Assembly: GCF_006345805.1 (NCBI RefSeq)
Contig: NC_043007.1
Location: 1,240,001 to 1,304,000, forward strand
Reading direction: 5' to 3'
Length of the DNA stretch: 64,000 nt
Source: Octopus sinensis
Taxonomy: Eukaryota
The first letter of the stretch is position 1; every line of letters begins with the position of its first letter. Position numbers and translations under genes: made by a program. The notes beneath the pieces are model-generated. The model made no database searches. It saw only the letters and a program-made list of their open reading frames with translations, and was not told the origin of the DNA. Below are positions 1 through 48,737 of the stretch, piece after piece.

Positions 1-1549
1 TCTGGGAGATTGCGTGGAAAAAAAAATATTGTTTACAATTTTTATTCGCACGTACGGTCAATAGACAAGGCTGTTGTAGTAGACAGCAGTTCAGTGATAT
101 AAGGAAGATGACAGCAATGATTGCTCGCGTGCTTGTGACGTCCCTCGGAGTTCCTACTTGTACCTGTGAGGAGAGCTAAATCTATGTTCGGGGAACAATG
201 GAATGCATATGTCTTATCTGGTATAACCTCAAAAATGACCGTAGAATTTTAGCTCAAACAAAGGAACTAAGGTAAGTTTGACAGGTGACCTCATAAATTT
301 CCAGGTACTAACGCCGAAACAGAGAAAAACATGTCGTAAGAAAATCTAGGTTAAGGTTTCGAACCTGCATCGCCAAATAGAGGTACTGGTTATAATCATA
401 CATAAACGTGCTTACGGTTTACATTATTAGTTCAAATGTCAACGAGACCAATTTTGCCTATCGATCCTCACGAATATTAAACCCTAAGAAGGCATCTGAC
501 CGGTTATTTTATTTAAGATTAATTCTGTTTAAACTGTAATTACGGGAAGTTCGGGGCTTCTTTTTATAGATAGAACATCGATTTTCCTGAAACTATATTG
601 CGAAAGCCTTTCAAGATTATTGATTTCCGAATGAGGAGTGATCACCTTGGTCAACACACTCCAAATTAGACAAATATTAAATTTAGTTAAATAATTAAAT
701 GACAGAATTTGAACTCAGAACGTAATGAATGCCGCTAAGCATTTTGCCCGGAGTGCTAACGATTCTGCCACCTCGCCACCTTACATTAGCATAAATAATA
801 CAAGTTTATTGATATAGCAATCTGCAAGGCACTAGTCTGCAGGATTCCAGGGAACTAGTCTGGCGACCGCTGACATTTGAAGTTCCTGCTCATGAATTAT
901 TGCGGATTATAGGAGGTTCCGAACCATTTGTGTTGTACCAGAATAATACGATTAAATTGTAGAAATATATCATTGGTGTCGCTGGAGTCGCTGGTGTTGT
1001 ATCGCTAAGTAATTGCTCGACTTCTTTTTCGACGAGTAGCAGTAGCTTTGGCAAGTTTTAATTTATCACCGAGGGAGTATGTTTACGTTAAGAAATGCGC
1101 AATTAAGAAATGCGATGAGAATTGTATAAACATGCCAGGCATGGCGTATTTCTTGATGTCGAAAAAAAGCAGTTAAGAATATACTAAGCCTTATCTTTGA
1201 ATGTACAATCTTGTGTTTTGTTGTTTTATTTAACCCGTTCATTACATAAAAGTGAGATTTATTAAAATTGTTTAGAAAATACAAATGTATGTTTTTAGAT
1301 AATTTTAAAAAAATAATTATCTATGTTTTGTTCTTCGGGACCGAATATTTGGTTTATTAAGCCCTCTCCTTCATGAGCAACCCAGAAACATAAATGTATA
1401 TGATTTCTATTTCTCCGTTTCCTGCAACGATGTAATCCTTGAGATACACGATTAAGCCGTTCGAGATGAATTTCCCAGTTATTACGATTAGTCAAAGACG
1501 ATTTTGGTGTGATTTGAACTGTGTGAAGTGGGGAATATATACCAAAAGG

Positions 1550-1933
1550 TGGAGGCGCAATGGCCCAGTGGTTAGGGCAACGGACTCGCGGTCGTAGGAT
1601 CGCGGTTTCGATTCCCAGACCGGGCGTTGTGAGTGTTTCTTGAGCGAAAACACCTAAAAGCTCCACGAGGCTCCGGCAGGGGATGGAGGTGATCCTTGCT
1701 GTACTCTTTCACCACAACTTTCTCTCACTCTTACTTCCTGTTTCTGTTGTACCTGTATTTCAAAGGGCCGGCCTTGTCACTCTCTGTGTCACGCTGAATA
1801 TCCCCGAGAACTACGTTAAGGGTACTCGTGTCTGTGGGGTGCTCAGCCACTTACACGTTAATTTCACGAGCAGGCTGTTCCGTTGATTCGGATCAACTGG
1901 AACCCTCGTCGTCGTAACCGACGGAGTGCTTCC
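1550..1933 (+). mobile_element. tRNA-Arg-headed SINE (octopus OR-type), full length, 13-bp TSD ATATACCAAAAGG
   Basis: A box TGGCCCAGTGG, B box GGTTTCGATTCC, CTCGCGG anticodon-like loop; TSD at 1537-1549 and 1934-1946. Confidence 0.85.
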
Positions 1934-2374
1934 ATATACCAAAAGGCATTTGTCGAATATTCTAGCTATTCTGCCAATCAGATTTTGTTCTGAACATACA
2001 ATATTCACCTGTATTCCTGCCAAACTAAGGACTTCCGGGAGTTGTCCATAATCTCCTAAATTAATTTCCCCCGAACAAAACTTATCAGGCGATCTTTTTT
2101 GGCATCCAGAATCGGTCTTAGCCACTGTCGGTTATATCTTCCTTTAATATGCGTTGGTTAACGTTCTACTAACCGCATTTTCAGGCTGGTAAGAGTGCAG
2201 TGAGCATCTGGCAACATTCCAGAACCCGAAAAACCTACTTGCTTGAGGTGGGAGGAGGGGAGGACAAGGAAGAGGAAGGGAAGGGGAAGAAAGAGGCGGG
2301 GAAAGAAAGGGAGGACACGCTATTTCGGAATATTATATTTCATTTTAGCAGAACCAAACATTTTAACTATCACT

Positions 2375-2493
2375 AACACACACACACTCACACACTCACA
2401 CACACACCCACACACTTACACACACACACACTCACACACACACACATGCACGCACACACACACACACACACTCACACACTCACACACACACAC

Positions 2494-2530
<37 letters not shown>

Positions 2531-2541
2531 ACACACACACA

Positions 2542-2596
<55 letters not shown>
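2375..2596. repeat. (CA)n microsatellite
   Basis: Direct inspection. Confidence 0.95.
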
Positions 2597-2597
<1 letters not shown>

Positions 2598-3057
2598 GTG
2601 TACCGCACACGCACATGCCACACACAAGCACATGCACAAAAACGTGAACTGAAATAGGATTATATAATAAGTCTATGCAAATAAGCTGCGGAAGGGCATA
2701 AACGTGATGTCACCGAGAAACCCAGTTGAAAGATGTCTATCTCCATATATATTGTCATTCATTATTTCTGAAGAACGTGAATAAAACTATAACAAAGAGC
2801 TTCGAATATATTATGCGAAATCACTAATAATGATAAAAATAATAGTTATTTCTAATTTTTGCCACAGGGACAGATTGCTGGAGGTGAATATGTGTCGATT
2901 ATATCGACCCCAGTGTTCAACTGGTACTCATTTTATCGATCACGAAAAGAAGAAAGGCAAAGTCGACCTCGGCGGAATTTGAACTCAGAACGTAGCGACG
3001 GGCAAAATACTGCTAAGCGTTACATCCAACGTGATAATGGTTCTACCAGCTCACCTC

Positions 3058-3124
3058 CATATAATAATAATATAATAATAATAATAATATAATAATAATA
3101 ATATAATAATAATAATGATAAAAC

Positions 3125-3189
<65 letters not shown>

Positions 3190-3230
3190 CTAATAATAAT
3201 AATAATATGGCATGAACTGCTCTCTCACTC

Positions 3231-3282
<52 letters not shown>
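3058..3282. repeat. (AAT)n microsatellite
   Basis: Direct inspection. Confidence 0.95.
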
Positions 3283-3283
<1 letters not shown>

Positions 3284-3615
3284 GTAATTTTAAGAAATTG
3301 TGACTTCAAGTATTACATCTCAGGTCATATCTTTCTATCTGTGATTTAGCATTAAATTAAGATTATTTTTTTGTTTTAATTTGTTTTATTTTGGTGATTG
3401 TGGGGTTGGCTTGGAGTAAGGTGTTGGCAGATTGACGATGATAACTGACTTCCCTAATTTCACATAAGGACACAGGTACACCATTCTGTCAAACGACCGT
3501 CATACTTTCCTTTCACACACGTGTGTGTTGTGTTGTGTGTGTGTGGAAGTTGGGGGAAGGCGTGTTTCAGTGATGCTTACACTTCGAAATCTTTCGCTAT
3601 ATAAAAAAGTAATAA

Positions 3616-3802
3616 GTGTGTGTGTGTGTATGTATGTATGTATGTATGTATGTATGTATGTGTATGTATGTATGTATGTATGTGTGTATGTTTGTATGTA
3701 TGTATGTATGTATGCATGTTTGTATGTATGTTTGTATGTATGTATGTATGTATGCATGTTTGTATGTATGTATGTATGTATGTTTGTATGTTTGTATGTA
3801 TG

Positions 3803-3836
<34 letters not shown>

Positions 3837-4272
3837 TATATGTATGTATGTGTATGTATGTATGTATGTATGTATGTGTGTATGTATGTGTGTATGTATA
3901 TATGTATGTATGTATGTATTATGTATGTATGAATGTATGTATGTATGTATGTATATGTATGTATTATGTATGTATGAATGTATGTATGTATGTATGTACG
4001 TACGTACGTATGTATGTATGTATGTATGTATGTATGTATGTATGTATGTATGCATGTATGTACGTATGTGTGTATGTATGTATGTTTGTATGTATGCATG
4101 TGTATATCTATGTATGTATATATGTATGTATGCATGTATGTATGTATATATGTATGCATGTATGTATATATGTATGTATATATATATGTATGCATGTATG
4201 TATGTATATATGTATGTATATATATATGTATGCATGTATGTATGTATATATGTATGTGATCATGTATGTATG
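3616..4272. repeat. (TATG)n compound microsatellite
   Basis: Direct inspection; source of many spurious ORFs. Confidence 0.95.
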
Positions 4273-5050
4273 TCAAGTCACTTTTGAGTGCTACTGGTAT
4301 TATGTAACCCAGTACAACCTATTGCATGGTCGGGCCGTCGGCGACTAAACCGGCAACCCCACCAAGCTTGCTTGGTGAGGAGAGTGTGTATTTGACACCC
4401 TGCGGGATGGAAAACAAAACCCGTCAAAGGGAGGAGGAACTCTTGAGAGTCAACTGCCATCCAGTATGTGTAATTATATATTTACTGTATATCTCCCTTT
4501 TTTTTCACTAATTTTATGTATTGTATATATCTATAGTTTGTTCATTATATATATATTTTATATATATTTTTATACACTCCATATCGTATATTTTAAGTAT
4601 ATTTTGTGTATCTATATTTTTTTTATATATATCGTACGTTTTTTGCCCTTATATCTATTTTATCCAGCTTATGGCTATATCTTGCGCAGGGACATAGAAA
4701 TAATCGAACTGAATACTTGATCGCGCGGGACCCCTAGCCTTTGTTAGGGCATTTTTCTAGGAGAAGGCAATTCAGGTAACTGGATAACTCCGACATAAGA
4801 TAATGTTGACTTGTTCTTCTTTTTGGATTATGGCTGCTGTTGCTTAGTGAGTGGGGTCGACACTGTGCACAGCCTTTCCTCACTTTAAAAAAATCTTCTT
4901 GCACAGGCATTGCGCAATAAGAACATTGATTAATTGATTCATTGATTAACTAATTGATGATTCAGTTCTATATTTAAGAAATGAGGAATTATGTACATTA
5001 TTTACATTATTTACATTTGACGGATATTTGTCCTCATCTTGTTTGTTGTT

Positions 5051-5096
5051 AGCACAACGTTTCAGCTGATATACCCTCCAGCCTTCATCAGGTGTC
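5051..5096 (-). ncRNA. Minimal (dimer-type) type I hammerhead motif
   Basis: GACAC-CUGAUGA-A-GGCUG(GAGGGUAUAU)CAGCU-GAA-ACGU-U^GUGCU; palindromic ACGU stem III, one stem I mismatch. Confidence 0.7.
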
Positions 5097-5188
5097 TCGA
5101 GAAAATTTCGAACCTGGGCATATGGCGTAGTGGTTAAGAGCGCGGGCTACTAACCCCAAGATTCCAAGTTCGATTCCAGGCAGTGACC

Positions 5189-5263
<75 letters not shown>

Positions 5264-5310
5264 TTGAAAAATACTTTAGGAATGAGAACCCAGGTTCGAA
5301 ATTTCCCCAT

Positions 5311-5356
5311 GACACCTGATGAAAACCGGAGGGTATATCAGCCGAAACGTTGTGTT
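5311..5356 (+). ncRNA. Minimal hammerhead motif, inverted partner of 5051..5096, stem II disrupted
   Basis: GACAC-CUGAUGA-A-AACCG(..)CAGCC-GAAACGUU^GUGUU; stem I intact, stem II mismatched. Confidence 0.55.
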
Positions 5357-5559
5357 AACAACAAACAAGATGAGGACAAATATCCGTCAAATCTAAATAA
5401 TGTAATTAATGTTTGTTGACAATGCTGTGAATCTCAACTGAATGGCTGGCTGTAGCCTTAAAAAGCAAACAATCAATGATGTACCAAAACAGTATAAAAA
5501 TAAATGGCAGTAAGGACTCTGGAACCACATCAGATGAAAGAGTCTGGCCCGACAGGCAC

Positions 5560-6312
5560 TCCAGAGCATCACATTGTGCTACTCTGATAGAACCAAATAA
5601 AATATTGAATATTGGCTGTTGGAATGTACAGACGCTGCTTGAACGCGAGCCCTCAGAATGTCCTGAACGAAGGACTGCTCTTACAGAATCTTGTGGAAAA
5701 TATACATTCTTTTGGAAAGTGAGAAATGAAGAGTTTAAAGAAGAGGCTGGAGTGGCATTTGCTGTTAAGACTACTCTTGTGGACAAGTTGGAAGAATTCC
5801 CTGTCGGGATTAACGAGCGTCTTATGTCCATGAAAATTCTTTTGGTTAAAGGAAATTATGTGACCTTGGTGAATGTGTATGCTCCTCCAACTATGTGCTC
5901 TACTGATGACGAAAATGTTTCTTTCTACCATGCTTTAAAGGGCATTATTGGAAATATCCCTCGGGCAGACAAAGTCATTGTACTGGGTGACTTTAATGCT
6001 AGAGTGGATAGGGATTTTAACACATGGACTGTTATGGGAAAGTATGGGGTGGGGAAGCGTAATAGTAATGGCATGCTTCTGCTGCAGATGTGGAGGACCT
6101 GCGTCTGTGTGTTACCAATACCATGTTTCAATAAAAGAATACGTTTAAGACTACAGGGATGCACCCTGCATCTAAAGAATGGTATATTTTAGATTACATC
6201 CTTGTTAGGGTCCGTGACAGACGAGATGTACAGTGTGTTCGTGTTCTTCGTGAGGCTCAGTGTTGGACTGATCACCGCCTACTACGTGCAAAAGTGAAAT
6301 TAATCGCAAAAA
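5560..6312 (+). mobile_element. RTE-clade LINE remnant, APE endonuclease domain, frameshifted, cut by (CATA)n
   Basis: LNIGCWNVQTL, ERRTAL, GVAFAVK, INERLM, VNVYAP, LGDFNARV, ILDYILV, TDHRLL motifs. Confidence 0.85.
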
Positions 6313-6368
6313 TGCATACATACATAAATACATACATACATACATACATACATACATACATACATACA

Positions 6369-6399
<31 letters not shown>

Positions 6400-7680
6400 G
6401 TGTATGCACATGCACACAGATACACACATGCGCACAAACAAACAAACAAAAAAGAACGCACCTCTGATAACGGACCGAATTAACGGCTATTGAAAAGGCT
6501 GCAAGACGCAAAGAAAATGTCAGAAAAAATAAATAAGTAAATGAGTGGAAATCGAACCGGTGAGTGTGTTAAATAATAAGGCACTGAAAGAGAATGACTC
6601 TCCCCAGACACACACACACACATATATATATGTGTGTGTGTGTGTATGAATGTATGTATTTAGTTATATAGGCATTTATTCCTTTGTTATCTCATTTTCT
6701 GATATGTATGTGTGTGTGTGTGTGGGTGTGGGTGTGCGTGTGTGTCTGCCTATGCATAAAAGGATAAAGGTGTAATCAGGTAAAGTGACTGATAGAACAG
6801 GTTAGATTATGACATTCATATGTTTAAACATAAGCTTTGATTTGTTACATAAATATGGATCATGAGAAGAAACGTAGTACTAAGGTGTGCAGAAAGCTTC
6901 CTGCTGCGAAAGGGCAATCTTTACATCCTACTTAACGTGGACTTTTCGCTAGAACGCCGGATACTGAGTTAATTACCTTTGACAGGTCCTCTCATATAGA
7001 TGAATGATGCATAAAAGCACGTGTGTTCATATCGTTGGTTGACGACTATCGCCTGCTAGGATCACGTGATTTCGACAAGCCACGTCTCTTCAGTGTCAGA
7101 CATGCGGCAGTTGCATACTAGTCGAATCTCATTGCCAGAAATATATATAATTTTAATGACTTTCCAGGTACTATGTCGCAAATAGTCGGTAGCCTTATTT
7201 AAAAAATGATTATGAGAGACAGAAGTTGTATTAATACCAAAAATGCAGTCTTTATATCCAACTTAACGTGGTTGTTTTGTTAGAACGTTGAACAATGCGT
7301 TATTTTCTTTGAAAGGACATTTTATATGGACGCACGGCGCATAATAATTATTTCTTACAGCTGTTTCAAGAACAGATACAAAGATGGTGTATGTTGCAAG
7401 ATAAGTTGCAGCTACCCATATATCAGCGATCTCTTCCACTATCGTGAGGGTGGGGTTGGAGATGAGATATAGCAGCGCTCTGCTCTACCGTTGGATATAT
7501 AAATGGCATAATCTCTCCTGATACTAATTATTTTGCCTGTAATACTTTTATTCTTAAATTTAATTTGTCAAAATATTTTCGTCGCTTTGAGACCGCGACC
7601 TGTTCACTGACAAAATTCCGTGCTGAACCCGGAACCATGTGGTTAGTAAGCAAGCAAATTACCACACAGCCACTCCTGCG

Positions 7681-7681
7681 T

Positions 7682-7720
<39 letters not shown>

Positions 7721-7740
7721 ATATATATAATATATATATA

Positions 7741-7781
<41 letters not shown>

Positions 7782-7839
7782 TATATATATATATATAATA
7801 TATATATATATAATATATATATTATATATATATATAATA

Positions 7840-7914
<75 letters not shown>

Positions 7915-7999
7915 GTATGTATGTATGTATGCCTGCATGTATGTATGTATGTATGTATGTATGTATGTATGTATGCATGTATGTATGTATGTATGCATG

Positions 8000-8032
<33 letters not shown>

Positions 8033-8035
8033 GCA
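7681..8035. repeat. (CT)n-(TA)n-(TATG)n compound microsatellite
   Basis: Direct inspection. Confidence 0.95.
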
Positions 8036-8262
8036 TATGTTTGTGTTTCTGTGTTTCCCCCCCCCACCAGCGATAGATAATTATTAGGCTTACAAAGAAT
8101 AAGTCCTGAGGGTCGATCTGCTCGACTAAAGGCGGTGCTCCAGCATGGCCGCAGTCAAATGAATGAAACAAACAAATAAAAAAAAATATCTGTCCAGATG
8201 TAAAAAGCTTTCTGAAAAAAAAAAAAGACGGTTTTGTTTTGTGTTTAATTGATTATACATCG

Positions 8263-8268
8263 TTTATT
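8263..8268 (-). promoter_or_regulatory. Candidate polyadenylation signal AATAAA of the SLC22 gene
   Basis: AATAAA about 40 nt after the stop, followed by a U-rich tract. The DNA is AT-rich, so chance occurrence is likely. Confidence 0.3.
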
Positions 8269-8306
8269 TCTGAAGCTAAGAGTAAAAAAAATTCATCGTT
8301 CATAAA

Positions 8307-44902
<36,596 letters not shown>

Positions 44903-44956
44903 CTGCGAAACGAAAATCAAAAATATAAATTCGTGTGTATTGATGCGCGTGCGTAC

Positions 44957-44988
<32 letters not shown>

Positions 44989-45035
44989 CTGTGTGTGTGT
45001 GCTCGTGTGAGTCTGTACGCGGATAAACGTGTATA

Positions 45036-45100
<65 letters not shown>

Positions 45101-45355
45101 TATATATAATATTTGAGTGCATGTATGTATATGTACATGCATTTGTATTACGCAAAACACACAGACATATACATACATGTATAGATACATACATGTGCGT
45201 AAATATGTATATTTATTTGTCTGTGTATTTATCTTTTTATTTCTCTCTCTCTCTTTCTCTCTATGTTTGCGCGTGTGAGTTGTGTATATGTGTGCTTAAG
45301 TGTGTGTAAAGACAGGACAGACAGATAAATACATACATACATGGATGGACGGAGG

Positions 45356-45439
<84 letters not shown>

Positions 45440-45974
45440 TGGATTTATGTGTGTAAAGTGTTAAGTGTGATGTACAGAATTGAATATTGAGAAAAAGTCG
45501 TCAGAATTTTGGAAAGAACTTTTTTTAATATTATGTCTTCATTTTCATATTCGCGCTTTCGTTTGTCTTTTGAACTTGTCAAATACAACTGATACTTATT
45601 TTATTGACCTAGAAATGATTAAAGGCAAAGTCGACCTTGGTGTTATTTGAGCTCAGTACGTAAGGACGGATGAAATGCCGCTAAGCTTTTGGCCCGGCCT
45701 GCTAACGATAATAAGAGTCAAAATACTAAAGCCATGCAAGGTGTCTCATGCCTGAAGAACACATAAAGTGAATATTTATATATGTTAAACTGATACATTA
45801 TGAGGCAGAAAACAAACAGAACAAAATAAGGAAGAGAATAATTGCCAAGGCTTAGAAATTCTGACTCGAAAGAAACTTCCAATAGTTACAAAGCATATTA
45901 TTTTTGTTGCAGAGTATGCCTGGTGGCGTAACCAAGTCCTGAGTTTTCCATCTAATGCACTAACACATAAACCT

Positions 45975-46335
45975 AGTGTTGCAATGTCAACATGCATAAA
46001 CAAGCTGCACTCTGATGTTTTCCACCAAAGTCAGAAAACAGCACAGCTCCATGACTTTCGGAAACATTTTTTCACGCTAAGAGTTGCTGAAGCATGGAAC
46101 AAACTGCCGGCATCAGTTGTTAGTTGTCGGAGCACTGCATCCTTCAAAACTTCCATGCTTCCTGAGATTCGCCAACACTACAACTGATTTTCTCCCCTCC
46201 ATACACACGCAAGCATGTATCTGACTCATAAACTGTTCACTTTCCTGACATTTTTACATTACTGCATATACTTTATACGCACTTTTGACAAGTTGTGATG
46301 CACCTGAGCACTGTATACAATAATTTCATTATATA
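45975..46335 (+). mobile_element. CR1-type LINE 3' end
   Basis: FRKHFFTLRVAEAWNKLPASVVSCRSTASFK* followed by 3' UTR. Confidence 0.8.
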
Positions 46336-47289
46336 TTATTTTAAGAGAGCGAATAAAGGACAACGGGTCAGGTGCATAAACGAAGGCAAGGTGAAACCCA
46401 GGCAGGTAAATGTTGCTAGTGATTCAAAACAGCAGAATAATTAGCAAGAAACGTTCGTGTCTAAATTTGTAACAATGTTGCAAAACTATGCGTTTAATAA
46501 CCATATGTTTAGCATCGCTGTAAAAAAAGACATCTTTGTTTTGCAACGAAGCTCTCGGCAACGAGTCGTATATCAAATCCGCAAATTTCAGCAGTCATCT
46601 ATGTCTTCTTATTATGATCTACTTACTTTCTGTTAGTTGCTGAGAGAATGAATTCATAAAACTATTTCTTTAAACCGTCTAATGATAATTAATGTGCGAA
46701 TCGTTTCTGTCGTTAGACTGCAGTCTTGCTTGTGTACAATTATTCACAATAAGATAGAAGAAATACGTTTTTTTTTCTTTCTGAAAGCTATTTTTAAACC
46801 TTTAAAGTTTTTGCAAAAGACAGAATGCTCTGTTCTGTCGATATCTGATAACTTTGGTCCCTTCTGTAGTCTACAGTAGGTAGCATTTCAAGATTTATAA
46901 CAAAATATGCAACATATGTGTGCACACACACGCACACACATGCACACATATGCGCACACAAACAAACATATATAATGTTATATATTTTTTATATATGATG
47001 AATAAATATGCATATCTATATATTGATCAACTTATGTATATATGCGCGTATTTGTGTGTGTGAAAGAGAGAGAAAGAAATTTGCTGAGTATTTCACAGAC
47101 ACGTGCATTCTAAATTTAAGTCCCAGACAGAATCGTCATGAGAAGTGTGACAATGTAAAGTCTTTGAATTATAGGTGAAAATTAGTTAACGACGTTTACA
47201 CAGTTCCTGTCTAACCAAAGGTATTGGTCGAAGTTAGGCAATAGAATATACGTACACACGCATACATACTTACATGCATACGTACGTAC

Positions 47290-47830
47290 ATACATGCATA
47301 CATTTATTAATTGCAAACAAGTATAAAATTGTAATCTCCTTCAACGCAGGATCCTCTGGCTTCAATGCGCTTCGTGAAGGCCCCATGGAAGTCCTCCAAA
47401 AGGAAGATGTCCAGGACCCTTGTCACGGCCTCCTTCATCTTCATCTTCAACATGAAGAACACCCAAAAGTCACAGGGAGAAAGATCTGGACTATAGGGAT
47501 GGTGTGAGAGTTTTGATGCCCATCCCTTGTCAAGCAGTTGATTACCAGTATGGAATTGTCGACTGGTCCATTGTCTTGGTGTATGTGCTCTAGCTTTTAC
47601 AAAGAAACCCCTTTCCGAATCCTCCAAAACCTCTACAAAATACGCTTTGTTGACCGTCTGACCAGAGGGAACCCAGTGGGTACAGAGGATTCCCTTGGGG
47701 ATCATCTTGTACGTCACATTGAACTTGCTTTTCCTGGCCTCTTGAGCCAGCAAGAAACAGATGCTCGGCCTCACAAACGTTGATTAATAAGCGGTCAAGC
47801 ATTTCTTAAGTTTTTGAAACATTTAAACCC
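47290..47830 (-). mobile_element. Mariner transposase remnant
   Basis: HWVPSGQTVNKAYF, HHPYSPDLSPCDFW, EGDY. Confidence 0.8.
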
Positions 47831-47890
47831 ATTAGAAAATTACTATTTGTAAGTCTCACAACGAGAGATATTCTGCAACAGTACTTTGTA

Positions 47891-48185
47891 GTAAAGATTG
47901 TTTGCCAGCATAACATGGCAACCCCGGTTTAGGATGAATGTTCCAGTAATTTAGCCCCAGGAGACATCATCTCCAGCTGGTTATATAACATGATCTGTGT
48001 CCTTATATTTTCAAACAAGGGAATCTAGCAGTCCCATTCAGCTCAAAACAATATCTGTGTATTGCGAAAATATAAGACACAGATCGTGTCGTATAGCTAG
48101 CTAGAGACGATTCTCCTAGGGCTAAATTACAGCAACATTCATCCTAAACCAGGAATGCCATGTTATGTTGGCAAACAATCTTTAC
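47891..48185. mobile_element. MITE/foldback element with ~120-bp terminal inverted repeats
   Basis: 47891-48012 is the reverse complement of 48066-48185 with scattered mismatches; a fragment of the same family lies near 17231-17262. Confidence 0.8.
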
Positions 48186-48530
48186 ATTTAAACCCAGATT
48201 AACACAAGCTTCCAAACCTCCCGACTGCATTCTATAATACCAAAAGCTGTGTTTAGTAAGGTGTATTCAAAGTGTTCTTAGAAGCGCCTTCTTTAATCTG
48301 GATTAACAAAAGTCGGCGGATCAGCTTATTACATGTATAGTGATAACATTCTAAAATTGCAATAATCCAGAACAGTTATAACTACCTTTCCTAAAAAAAA
48401 CTCTCAAAGCTTCTGGAATACATTTCATATAGTGTGTGTGTGTGTAAAGAAAGAGAGAAAGTGTGTGTGACAAAGAGGTTATTGTGGAAAAGAAAATAAT
48501 AGAAGTGAAATATATATATACATATGTATG

Positions 48531-48562
<32 letters not shown>

Positions 48563-48571
48563 TGTATATAT

Positions 48572-48616
<45 letters not shown>

Positions 48617-48703
48617 GGAATTTACAGAAAAACAAAAGATGAAGACAGGTGTATAAACAACAAACAGGTGTATTAGTTTAACGCTCGGGAAAGTTAGAAA
48701 GTA

Positions 48704-48737
48704 TTTTACGTTTCGAGCCTATGCTCTTCAACAGAAA
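48704..48737 (-). ncRNA. Hammerhead-like motif with A6U core variant (decayed copy near 35270..35303, -)
   Basis: UUU-CUGUUGA-A-GAGC(AUAG)GCUC-GAA-ACGU-A^AAA, inside a repeat shared by 35200-35330 and 48635-48760. Confidence 0.4.

Noticed and set aside
1683-1886. Recurrent ORF MEVILAVLFHHNFLSL.. (also 12843, 37887, 39172)
   Set aside because: Incidental reading frame of the tRNA-Arg SINE body.
2243-4348. Long ORFs rich in HT, IIII, YVCM or TYIH (also at 9580-10193, 15125-15776, 61680-62495 and elsewhere)
   Set aside because: Translations of (CA)n, (AAT)n, (TATG)n and (GATA)n microsatellites; not genes.
5116-5168. tRNA-like sequence, and similar heads at 1551, 12754, 20645, 37755, 39040
   Set aside because: A/B boxes are present but there is no acceptor stem; they continue into SINE bodies, so they are not tRNA genes.
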